Shown: in pieces, positions 10,372-20,775 of the stretch
Numbering within the stretch: the stretch's first letter is position 1
Layout: every line of letters starts with the position of its first letter
NCBI GenBank assembly: GCA_010093745.1
Contig: MU006001.1
Span: 62,001-126,000 of the forward strand
Source: Piedraia hortae CBS 480.64
Lineage: Eukaryota
Direction: 5' to 3'
DNA length: 64,000 nucleotides
Translations under genes and position numbers: made by a program
The notes under the pieces: generated by a model
What the model was told of the DNA's origin: nothing
Seen by the model: the letters and a program-made list of their open reading frames with translations, nothing else
The model's database searches: none

Positions 10372-11894
10372 GTTAGATGTAGTGGTGCTGTTAGAATGGC
10401 TGGCTGGTAGAATTGTTAGAAGCATCGGCGGAATTTGAAAATTCACCTTTTCTCTGGATTGGAAGGGATATATTTCAATTGCAGGGAAGATGGTAATTCA
10501 ATATCCATACCAGCCCTAGAAAATGACAGTGGTTGAATGTCACGTTCCCATAACACCACCTTCTGTCCTCCTTGCGAACGGAAACATTTGGGGCTAGGTT
10601 CACTGCGATGTAGCGGATATCAAACCAGGGGAAAAAATCCCTTCGCATCGCTTCTGTAACCTACGCGTACTTTCCCAATATTTCTTACGTCAATGAAATC
10701 TTGAAAATCTGGGCGGTTTTGAGAATTGATGCTTTGTTCTTTTCTCACGGGATGATTTGTTAGGGATGATAAAGTATACAGCGATGGCTGTGTAGATTTC
10801 TTGGCAGCTTTTTTTTTTGACTTTCTGGGAGATGGAATACTGCGGGTTAGGGTGCGTCGTCCTTTGCTCGTTTCAACAGGTTAGTTTCTTTGGGATGACT
10901 CAGCATACTGTGTTGGTTGTGGAAATTTCTTGGCAGTGTTTTGCGTGGGGATTTCGAAACTTTTGGACGGCTTTGTGAGCTGGGATGCTATTTGGTTCTT
11001 ACGTTGAGATATTCCCCACTCCTTCAGGTTGATTTATAAAGTTGGGTGTTTCTCACTTCACCTGCTTATCTTTCTTGGTGGGTTTGGTTTGGATTAAGGT
11101 GTTCTCTGTAATTCTCTCAAAGGGGTTGGTTGGAATCAAAGTGGTATTTCTCACCTCACGAGGTTGATTTTCTGATGGATTATGTTGGGATTGATGTGAT
11201 TTTTTTTTTCGCCTCACCTGGCTACAGTACTTTGGGAGTTGTCGGGATTTTTCTCGCTTCTTTAGGTTACTTTCTCGATGAGTTTGGGTGGGGATGAAAC
11301 TGGGTTTATCTCGCTCCACCGTTTGACTCCTTGATGGAGGTGTTTTGATGAGTTTGTTCTCTGTGATGTTAGATTTGAGAAGACGGTCTGGATCTATTGA
11401 GTGTTTGTGGTGAGGTCCGCTGGGGATGACAGTGCCGAGGTTGTTCATTACTATTGATGATGGGCTTTTACTTTTCTTTGGTAGGAGTTACAATGAGGAT
11501 GAGTTTTGGGGGAAAATTCAGTAAGGAAATGTTTGTAGGAGAATGGATTGCTTAGGTTGGTTGTTTGGGAGGGATTGGGACGGGTTTTGGGGATGAAGAG
11601 GCATGGTTACGGGAGGATGGATGGCTAGGGGATGAGTTTTCTGCTGGGAAGGGGTTGGAGAGATGCTCTTCTAAAACTATAAAATTGAGCGTGCAGGAAC
11701 GGTGAAGAGGGAGGATGCCAGTGGTTTTACATCTTCCAAGCATTGCTGTTGGACATTGGTGCATGTTCATCCTCTATCAAAACACCACTCCCCTCCAGAT
11801 CCAACAACACCCCTCAGAAAATCAGCCCATGCAATGAACACAACCACTCATGACCAAACTCCATAATAGCAGCGGGTATCTGAAAAACAACCCC

Positions 11895-12616
11895 CTACTC
11901 CCCCTTCCCAGCAAAAACAGAATCAACAACCCCCTTCGCCTTCCTAACCCTCCCCTCCGTCTCGTCCACCAACTGCGGAAGATCACCCGTCTCCCCAACC
12001 GCACCCTCAAACGTCTCCTTCACATCATCCAGTTTCTCAGTCCTGCCAACCTCAAACTCCACCCCTGGGACCTCGTCCTCCTGCCCATCATCCAACGAAC
12101 CCATACTCCTGGTAAGGTTCTGCTTATACCTTTCCGCAACGAGGGCGGGTTTCTCTCTTCGTAGTTTCGCTACTGCCAGCGTTTCAGCTTCGATTTGGGC
12201 GTAGAGGGTTTGGATTTTCTTCGCGAGGGCTGTGTCGAAGGGTTCGACTTCTTCGGATGATGTTGGGGAGGAGGGGGGTTCGAGGCCGTTGATTAGGACG
12301 GAGGAGGAGGCGAGGGTGAAAGTTTTGGTTATGTACTGGTGATTATGTTAGTGGGATGGGATAGAGTAGTAGCGGTGATGGGATGGATAGGACGATGCTC
12401 TCCAGAACGATGACGCCTCACACAGATGATTGAACGCACCTCATCAACCAACTTCTCAACCGCTTCCTTTTCGCTCCCATCCTGTGGCACGCGCTGCGCG
12501 ATCTTCTCGCGCGCGACCTGCGCCACTTTGTCGCGCAGATGGAACCAATCCGCGGGCGACTGGAGTTCGATCTTGCGGTGCACGCCCTTTTCGTTGGAAT
12601 TGCCATTAGGGTCCAT
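11895..12616 (-). CDS. NSL1: Kinetochore Mis12-complex subunit Nsl1/Mis14; exons 12616-12440, 12335-11895
   Basis: HRKIELQSPAD..VEKLVDE|YITKTFTLASSSVLINGLE..EPFDTAL..VAKLRRE; intron 12336-12439 GTGCGT..ACTAAC..CAG. Alternative ATG at 12637. Confidence 0.8.
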
Positions 12617-12734
12617 GGACGCATTGAAGATGTTCATTTTGGGTAGACGTCGCGTTCAGAGGCAGAAAGCTGGGGCTTGTAGCCCCACCACACACTAACA
12701 CTCAACCTATCTACATAGACAGCTAGGTATCTTC

Positions 12735-13799
12735 CTACCTCTTCGTATAAAACCCCATATCCACCTCCCCCGGTCCAACAACCCCCGCCTTTTTGAGCAC
12801 ATCAACCGTCATCCTCACAACCCCCTCATCAACCCCATATGGCTCCTCCTCAAACATCACATCCTTCATCCACGCCCTGGCATCCTGCTCCCCATACCCC
12901 AACTCAGTGGTAATCCACCCGATCGCCTCCGTTGGCCTCTCCCTAAACACCCTAACCCCATCCCTCAACTTCCCCAAAAACCCCTCCCCCACCTCAGGGT
13001 CCAACCCATCCCTAGCAGCAACGACCCACGAAGGCCACGGCGTCTCCACCCGCCCAACATATTGTAAACTTCCATCATCCCAATATTTCTTCGTAGTCCA
13101 GTACTCCCACATGAAGAACCCAATCTTCCCATCATTCACTGCAGAGCGAAGCGACGCAAAATCACCAATCACAGCAACCTCGAACGGCCCCCAGCCGTGC
13201 TGCTGCGCCAGAACGGAACTCATGATGTGGCTTCCGCTTCCGAGGCGGCTGACGCCTGCTATCTTTCCCTTGAGGTTGGTGAGGTTTGTTATGGGAGTGA
13301 TGATTTTGTGGGTTGATGGATCTGTTTTCCCATCGTGCGGCTGAGTGTCGACTCTACTGGTCGTCCCCTGCGGTTTCGTAAACTCGCGCTCCCCCCTCGA
13401 TGTCTTCGTAATCTCATGCTGCCTCCCATCTCTAGTCTTCCCCGGGAATTTCATAATCTCATGCTTCTCAGTACCCCCCCTGCCCTCCCTCCTACGCTCC
13501 CCCTTGTTTCCCCTAACAGAAACCCCCCAGCACAGCGGGCTGTTCACATACGTCCCAATAAGTCTATACCCCCCCGCTCCCCTACTCAAATCGCCCACAA
13601 ACCCCTCAGTCAACCCCACCGCAATGTCGATTTCGCGGGCTTTGAGTTGGGTGATCAGCGCGCCAGTGCCGAGGGGTTGGGGGATGAGGGTAAGCGGCAA
13701 GGAGGATGGATGCTTCGCGGCGAAGGAGATGGGGGTGGAGAAGTGTTCTGGTATGTAGCCTATTCTGAGGGAGAGACGTGGGAGGGTGCGGTTGAACAT
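12735..13799 (-). CDS. Type 2 periplasmic-binding-fold protein (Ca3427-like/NMT1-related)
   Basis: LRIGYIPEHFSTP, GTGALI, DIAVGLTEGFV, GTYVNSPLCWG, GVSRLGSGSH, FFMWEYWTTKKY, TPWPSWVVAA. Confidence 0.8.
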   Translation of the reverse strand: MFNRTLPRLSLRIGYIPEHFSTPISFAAKHPSSLPLTLIPQPLGTGALITQLKAREIDIAVGLTEGFVGDLSRGAGGYRLIGTYVNSPLCWGVSVRGNKGERRREGRGGTEKHEIMKFPGKTRDGRQHEITKTSRGEREFTKPQGTTSRVDTQPHDGKTDPSTHKIITPITNLTNLKGKIAGVSRLGSGSHIMSSVLAQQHGWGPFEVAVIGDFASLRSAVNDGKIGFFMWEYWTTKKYWDDGSLQYVGRVETPWPSWVVAARDGLDPEVGEGFLGKLRDGVRVFRERPTEAIGWITTELGYGEQDARAWMKDVMFEEEPYGVDEGVVRMTVDVLKKAGVVGPGEVDMGFYTKR

Positions 13800-14184
13800 T
13801 TTTTTGTTTTTGGAATGGGGGAGGGGAGGGGGAGGTGTGTGAGAGGAGGGTGGAGTGGATTGATTCTCACAAGATGGGATATAGGTCGGTCCGTTCCGCA
13901 GGTTTCCAGTCTGAGAGGATGAATAGATCGGTCCGTTCCGCAATTCAGTTCACCTCAAAGACAGGGAGAGTGATGGCCAGATCAGTCCCCCCTCCCCCCA
14001 AACAAGTTTTCAGTCCACCACGAACACCACGAGATTGATCTGCATAACCACGCACAGCTCATCGCATCATAAACAGAAAATACCATACTCATACAATAAT
14101 CTTACACCTCTTTTCCTTCCAAATCCATCATCGTACACAACACCAATCCAAAAAGCGCCGCGACGGAAACGTATTCCAAGGTCC

Positions 14185-16575
14185 CTAACCCCTCTTCCTC
14201 GCAAACCGCTTATTAAGAAGCTGAAGCACTTTCGTGACGTTGAACTGGACGTATTCCAAATCTAAATCCTCTTCACCCGCTTTTTGCATTTCGAGCAAAT
14301 CGTCGAGTTTGAGGTCTAGCTCCAGGAGTCCTTGGCTGCGGCCTTTGTAGTGGAGACTTATGACAAAGGTTCCTGGACTGGGGCTGAGAATGTTGAAGAA
14401 AATGTTTGCGCGACGGTTTTCGGGCACGTCGGAGCGTTGGATCACGCCTTGCTTTTCGAGCTCTTGGTGCGTGAATTTGTAGGGTCCTAGGGGTTTTGGT
14501 GCGTTGCCGCCGCGTTTGGCTGCTGTGCCATCGCTCTGGCCTCGGACGTTGTGGAGATAGCTTTTGTAGGTTTCGAGTTGTCCGACAAGGTATGAGTTGT
14601 GGTCGCGGATCGTGCGGTAGACTTCTTGCAGTTTTTGCGTCTCAGCCAAGATCTTCTCTTTCAAAGAGCCAAGGTGGACGAGTTCCTGCTCGACTTCGTC
14701 TCGTAGGAGTGCAAAGTTATCGTCTTTGCTGATGATGTTGAGCTCTTGGAGCTGGTTCAGAAGCTCCAAAGCCCGGATGCCTTTACGGACCATGACAGAG
14801 TCGTTTTTGGTCGTCGCCGCCGCTTCGGCTACTCGGTCCAGCCGCAATGGCCGTCGCGTGACGATGGAATGTGGTGGCAAAGACCTCATGATCAGGACAA
14901 ACGTCGACTTGGCTTCCATGAAATACACCTCTTCCTGGGTGATGTCTAGAGCGGCGGTGAGATCGTCCAGCGGAGTCTCCCACCGACTGTACAGAGGAAG
15001 ATTGATCATGCGGTTGTCAGACCGCGGAATCTGCGGCGGCGCTGGGCCAAGTTCAGCGAGCAACTCGCTCAGATGCGAACTTTCGTCTTGGGACAGTTCG
15101 GTTGCATGTTTCTGCAAAAGGGAGTGCATGGCATACACTTCATTCAGTGTGATCTGCAGCTCCAGATCCTTCTTGGACAGGGCCACATAGTTGTCCATTT
15201 CCAGCGTCTCGTAAAAGTCCTGTACCTCACATAGGTCGAGCATGAACTTGTTGATACGCTCCTTGTTCTGCTGCACAAACGGCGCAAGGCTCTGCATGTA
15301 CGGCTCCTTGGCGTAGCTCGGCTTATTGGCGAGGTTCTGCAGCATCTTGGCGACATAGGTCAGTGTGCGCTTGGGATTCTCGGCCGGTGTCTGATCAGTA
15401 AGCATATACGACCGTGGCGAGACAATGGCAGGATTAATGAACCTCAAGAAGAAGAAGCCGCCAATGAGGGTGCAGATGGCCTGTTCCTGCGCCTGCGGAT
15501 ACTTGCGCCGCGTGAGGCTGCGAATCTGCTTGCAGATCCACCGGATGCCATACGGCGTGTCCTCGAGTCCCTTGATGATGGTATCGACGAAGGAATTCGC
15601 AATTGTGATCAGCATCTCGACGCGAGGAGCGATGATGGCCTGCACCTGCTCATTGGCAGCCGCCTGTTCGGCCTCGACTCCCTTTTGCATGCCCGGAGGC
15701 AGCGGCTCTCCCCTGCTTTGGTAGCGGTCCAACAGCGACTCGTACACCTTGAGCGGGTTAATCTCCAGGTCGAGATCGCTGATGTCCGTCAATGAGTTGA
15801 TGCGTTCCGACAGAATGCTCTTGAGATAGCTCTGGCCTGGTCCTCGCCGCGTGTACGTCGTCATCATACGCGACACAGGCGTATTGGCGCGTAGCAGCGA
15901 CGAATAGTCTGGAGTGCTGTCAAACTGATACGTGAGCACCGACTGGAACATGGTCAGCAGCAGATGCTCCTCGCGGCTCTCGTACTGGTTGCCGTAGATG
16001 GTGAACATGACCGTCTGCAGCAACTGATCAATCTCGGTCAAGCTAACCAGCCGACAGAGGTGGGCGATGTGGCGAGGCTCGCTCTGCAGCAGGAACAGCA
16101 GGTTGCCATATCGTTGCGTCTTCTCGTCGTTGGGAAAGGAGCCTTCGGAGATGTCGCCACCGCCATCATCCAGATGGCTGGCAAACTCCTCCATGGCCAT
16201 GCGGTTCTGCACGAGCAGCGCAATGCGCGAGTCGAGGTAGCGCACGTCCTTTTCCAGCACGAAGTTCTTCTTGGACTGGGTTGAGATGCGACTCTTGAGA
16301 TCGCCGAGGGCTTTTTGTGCTGCGCCGGTCAGTCAGGTCTTTGCAGAGATGGAAAACTGCCCACCTCGCGCCAGGTCGTCCTCGATCTCCATGTCGCGCT
16401 GGTTCGCGTTCATCGACATGTACAGCGCCGTCACTGACATGCGCTTCGAGGTGCGCATCGAGCGCGAGCCCTCGTGAGAGCTCATGGTGTTCTGTCGCGT
16501 TATGGGAGTGTACGAGTTGGCCGACGACGACGATGCGCGAGAGGGCGTCTGTAATGAGAGGGTCATGGTCGACAA
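14185..16575 (-). CDS. Ras GTPase-activating protein (S. pombe Gap1/Sar1, A. nidulans GapA type); exons 16575-16365, 16319-14185
   Basis: Arginine finger LLRANT, GGFFFLRFINPAIVSP, AKMLQNLAN, RasGAP_C tail; intron 16320-16364 GTGGGC..ACTGAC..CAG joins DDLAR|AQKAL. Confidence 0.93.
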
Positions 16576-17399
16576 AGAGAGCTGTTGTGGCTGGCCGTTC
16601 GCTGCCCCGACGTTTAGCGGTTGGACAACCGGTCAGAGGGGCCGCGGTTTCTGAAACAATGTGTGGCCTGCAGGTACTCCCATGTGGGCGGCCGTCACTG
16701 GCCCAAAGAGCGCATTCCAGAAGCCCGGCGTCGGCCGCGTCAGCCAAGTAAGGGGCGGGAATGGACGGCCCCGGCCCGCACCTTGACGCCTCAGGCAGCC
16801 TTTGGTCAAACGGGAAGTTGCCAAGACCGCACTGCTTCCCCTCATATGGCCCGAGCGCTGCGTCGCTGCGCCGTTGGCTTTCAGCCTGCTGAACCATCAT
16901 GGCTCTACTGATGGCTTCTCTTTTGCAAGGGGATCTCTGGCTGCCGGTCTCGCCTGACTGTCGCACCTCTATTAATTCCACAGAAAAAAAAAAAAAAAGC
17001 ACGAGAATCGTTCCAAAGAGAAGCCAGCCTCTCCGCCAAGCCACAGCGGGCAGATTTTGCTCGGACCCGCTGTGGCGTTAGGCATACAGAATACTCCGCG
17101 ATTTGCGGAGAACGTCGGTCATCCCCCATCGCCAGGATAACGCCAACCGTTGGCCGAAACGATGCGTACGTAGGTAACCTTTCCATGGCTACCTTTGTCT
17201 ATCTATTTACACTGCCACTAAGACCCTGCCCCTGAATTACCTTGGTATTACTGCAGAACAACAGTGTTCTTTGTAGTGCTGCTAGCATAAACGCGACGAT
17301 CACGCAGGAGGACGACTCCGCACGATCGGCACGCCATTGATCCGCCTGGCCTGGCTAATCAATCTGAGCTCAAATTCATAAATCAAGGTTTTATAGCAT

Positions 17400-19841
17400 T
17401 CACGCAACGGTCGACGGCTGTAACCTTCCAGGGCGAACCGCTTCATGCATGTCAGAGAAGCTTGCGACCCCTTGCATTACCTTCTCGGCTTTTGTTGGTG
17501 CTGTTGTGCTGAGGCTGGCTCGTATCCAGCCCGGCAGCTTCGCCTGGATGCCCTCGCGGCCGTAACGCGCATCCAGCAAAACTATGCTTGCCCAGTCATC
17601 CTTGTGTCGGATCACCCTGCCTATGGCTTGGTTCACGCTTCTCATGCAAACGTTCTCCGCATGCTCCTTACTCGCCGAACCCCGAGCTTCGCCCCGCTCC
17701 GCCGCCTTGGCCTCGAGATATCTCATCCTCGTCTTCCACTCGGGCGTGTCTAGGTTGGGAAAGGGAAGACCGACAACTACAACACACCGCCCAAGATCAT
17801 CTGCAAAGTTAATTCCTTCGGATAGCTTCCCGCCGATGACCGAGAGCAGCATTGCGCCCCTTTTCGCATCTTTTTTGATGGCTTCCCCGTACATGTTGAA
17901 CATGGCGTCTGTAGATCCTGTACGGCTGTCGCAGAATAATGGCTTGTGTCTCTTTAGTTCTTTGAGGAAATCCCCGCCGTGCCACGCCTCTAGTACCTGA
18001 GTCAGGAAGCCGTAGCTAGGGAAGAAAACAACCATCCCACCATAAGCCAACGGAGCCAACTTGGCCAATATAACTCCTATCCGCCGAAAATTTGCTTTGT
18101 TACGCGACTTGAAGCTGAACTCTACCGGTCCCTCTTGATCCGACGCAATGATGCCAACATGAAGACTGCTCGGAGGAACCAAGTGGCCGCACGAAAACGT
18201 CGTCACCTCAGACAAGTACGGGAAAAGCTGCCGTTTGTAGTCTGTCATCGGCGACATTGTTCCACCAACCAGCACGACGGCCCTTGCAGAATCCACAACA
18301 TCGCGAAAGGGCTCGGATGGGTCGAGTAGCATGTACCGCAGTACGTGGTCGTCTCCTTCTGTCGACCAAAAGAAACGACCCTCCTTTGACGGGTTCATCA
18401 GAGCCATAAAGAAGTTCTGGATCTGCGTCAAAGTGGGCACTTCTGTCTCGTCTTTGCCGACGTTTTCCGATACCTGGGACACGTAGCATTCAACCTTGCG
18501 AGCCAGTTTGCTTTGTGTCATGTAGCGTACGAGCTTGGCGAGGTTAATCTGATCAACTCCTTTTCCAGACAGCAGTTGGCTTGGCTCGGCTGTTCCGCCG
18601 GGACCGGTTAAAGAGGTCGTAAACGACAGCAACGAGTCAATTACCCGGACGACCTGTGCGACATGGACCCCGTTGCCTCCTTTTAATCGGTTCTTGAACT
18701 TTTGCAGGTACACCATCAACAACTCCCGAGCTCGTTTCAGCTGTATCTGCGTAATGGTGGCTGTGTGTACGCCTTCGATGGCGTCCATGAGGTTGTGTGC
18801 TTCGTCAATGATGACCACATGATGCTTCAAAGAGATGCCCAGAGCGTCACGGGCGGATTTTTGCAGGAGCAGCGGATACGGCAGGGTAACAACCTCAGCG
18901 GGCCCAATGGCTGACCTTGAGGCATAGTAAGGACAAATGCCGAGCTTGCGGCCCAGACCGGCAGCGTCTTCAATGTCACGTACCCTAGCGAGGGCATGGT
19001 CTCGGAAATCCAGTACCAGATCTTGGTTGTCTTTTCCAGGCAGAAACGGGCATTTCTCATCCGTAGGAATGCCTGGCTTCTGTAATTCGATGCAACGCTC
19101 ATTGATAGCGGTTGGCTTGTCGAGCTTGACAACCTTTGGGTTGATGCACAAATTTTGCCTTGATCCCAGGGACAGATGCTTTAAGTCTTCTGTCGTTTTT
19201 TCGTCGTCTGGCAATCCTGGAGGCAGTCTGACTCGTTGAAGCTCTCCAACGAATTGAGAAAGCTGAGAGTGGGTGCGTGAACAGACAAATATTTTGAGTT
19301 CGTCCACCTCTTCTTCATAATCATCCTTGGACTCCTTTTGAAGCATGCCCAGCTCTTCCATCAGCTTGATGGTCTCATTTGCAAAGGCTGGCTTTGTCCC
19401 TTGTTCGTCACTGTCGTAGTCTAGTAGGAAATCCTCTTCTTTAACTTCTTTCTTATCGTCAATCTTCCGTCTTTTGGCCAGAGGTTCCCCTCTGGCACGT
19501 TCTCGAATCTTGTCTTCGCGTTTTCTAGCAGCACGCAATCGCGCCTCCAGGTCTTCCCTGGCCTGCTGCAGCTCCCGTCTTTTGGCTTTGCGAGCATGTT
19601 CAATCATCCAATCGGGTTCGTCTTCATTGATTTCAATCGACGTCACAGCTTCGTCAAATGTTTTCCGCTTGTGATCTCGCAACCATGTCAGAGCTCCGCA
19701 GATCAGACTCAGGGACTTTCCCGTTCCCGTGGGCGACTCAAAGATCCCAACTTGGCCTTTCTCAATGCAGTCATACAGGGCTTCCATAAACTGCAGTTGG
19801 ATGCCATACGGCTTAAAGGGATGGTGGAAATCTTTTGCCAT
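17400..19841 (-). CDS. CHL1: Fe-S DEAH DNA helicase Chl1/DDX11
   Basis: FHHPFKPYGIQ, ESPTGTGKSLSLIC, SRTHSQLSQF, four Fe-S cysteines, IIDEAHNL, SEGINFADDLGR, NQAIGRVIRH. Confidence 0.95.
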   Translation of the reverse strand: MAKDFHHPFKPYGIQLQFMEALYDCIEKGQVGIFESPTGTGKSLSLICGALTWLRDHKRKTFDEAVTSIEINEDEPDWMIEHARKAKRRELQQAREDLEARLRAARKREDKIRERARGEPLAKRRKIDDKKEVKEEDFLLDYDSDEQGTKPAFANETIKLMEELGMLQKESKDDYEEEVDELKIFVCSRTHSQLSQFVGELQRVRLPPGLPDDEKTTEDLKHLSLGSRQNLCINPKVVKLDKPTAINERCIELQKPGIPTDEKCPFLPGKDNQDLVLDFRDHALARVRDIEDAAGLGRKLGICPYYASRSAIGPAEVVTLPYPLLLQKSARDALGISLKHHVVIIDEAHNLMDAIEGVHTATITQIQLKRARELLMVYLQKFKNRLKGGNGVHVAQVVRVIDSLLSFTTSLTGPGGTAEPSQLLSGKGVDQINLAKLVRYMTQSKLARKVECYVSQVSENVGKDETEVPTLTQIQNFFMALMNPSKEGRFFWSTEGDDHVLRYMLLDPSEPFRDVVDSARAVVLVGGTMSPMTDYKRQLFPYLSEVTTFSCGHLVPPSSLHVGIIASDQEGPVEFSFKSRNKANFRRIGVILAKLAPLAYGGMVVFFPSYGFLTQVLEAWHGGDFLKELKRHKPLFCDSRTGSTDAMFNMYGEAIKKDAKRGAMLLSVIGGKLSEGINFADDLGRCVVVVGLPFPNLDTPEWKTRMRYLEAKAAERGEARGSASKEHAENVCMRSVNQAIGRVIRHKDDWASIVLLDARYGREGIQAKLPGWIRASLSTTAPTKAEKVMQGVASFSDMHEAVRPGRLQPSTVA

Positions 19842-19911
19842 GCAGCACTACGGGATCGGTGTACGCGTTGTTGGAGTGTTTCACGTGATCTTCATATCCA
19901 TTTCTTCGTGG

Positions 19912-20675
19912 TCATCTGTGTTTGCCCTTTCTATAACGAAGACCATCTGATGGTTCGTTTGTCTCAATGACCCACGTTTTTACAATTTGCTTCTGCTCCC
20001 TCTTCTTCCGCTCGCGCCCTTTTGCCTCTTTGATTCTTCGAATGTAGCCAAAGTAGATGGCTATCTCTGCTGCTGCAACTAAGACACTGCCAAACATTGA
20101 GAGGCCCAGCCGTTGCGGGACGTCCCAGCGTCTTGCAGCGACCCAAATGCTGACGCTGCATGCTACAATGGACACTAAAACGTTGATAATCAGCACCACT
20201 TGACGATTGACATCGGCATAAGTCACGTCATCGGGCTCATCCGCTGACGGTCCTGTGCCGTGGCTGATGTGTGGGTTGAGCTCTCCGTTGGAGAGGATTT
20301 TTTCAGCATTTGTCATACGCTCATACTGTCGTCGTTCCTCTTCTTCTTTCAGATGCTTCATCAACGCCTGATACTCTGGGGTCTTCTTTTCGTTAACGTT
20401 TTACCGCTGCAATTCATACGAAGACTCACAGTTTCACGTTTAGGAGGAGGCCGAGACTGGTAAACCATGGCACCTTTGAGCAGAGTATCGAGTCTCCATT
20501 TCTTCTGCTGACTGTGATCGCTGGAGCGATTGACGAGGAATTGTGATACTTTAATCAAGTCATCATGGTCAATAGGGCTGCCTACATGTGCGTCTTCGAA
20601 GTCATTGCCTCTTTTAACCCTTTGATACTCGTCTACGGCCGCCTTGGCAGCTTCTGTAATTGTTAGCCGCACCAT
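19912..20675 (-). CDS. VMA12: V-ATPase assembly factor Vma12/Vph2; exons 20675-20430, 20382-19912
   Basis: MVRLTIT..LDTLLKGAMVY..PPPKRET|TPEYQALMKHL..EERRQYERM..LIINVLVSIVAC plus a second TM helix; intron 20383-20429 GTGAGT..GTTAAC..AAG. Confidence 0.88.
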
Positions 20676-20775
20676 TTCGCCCAGCTCTTGACAGATACCG
20701 GTGTGCGTGGGAGCTCCGTGGCGCTAATCCAAATTGGGACAGCCCAACCAAGAAAATTTCCATCCACAACGACGC

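Noticed and set aside
10844..10853. ACCCTAACCC (minus strand) as a telomerase RNA template
   Set aside because: A 10-mer is expected by chance in G/T-rich DNA. The permutation and position differ from what I recall for Pezizomycotina TER, and I saw no pseudoknot.
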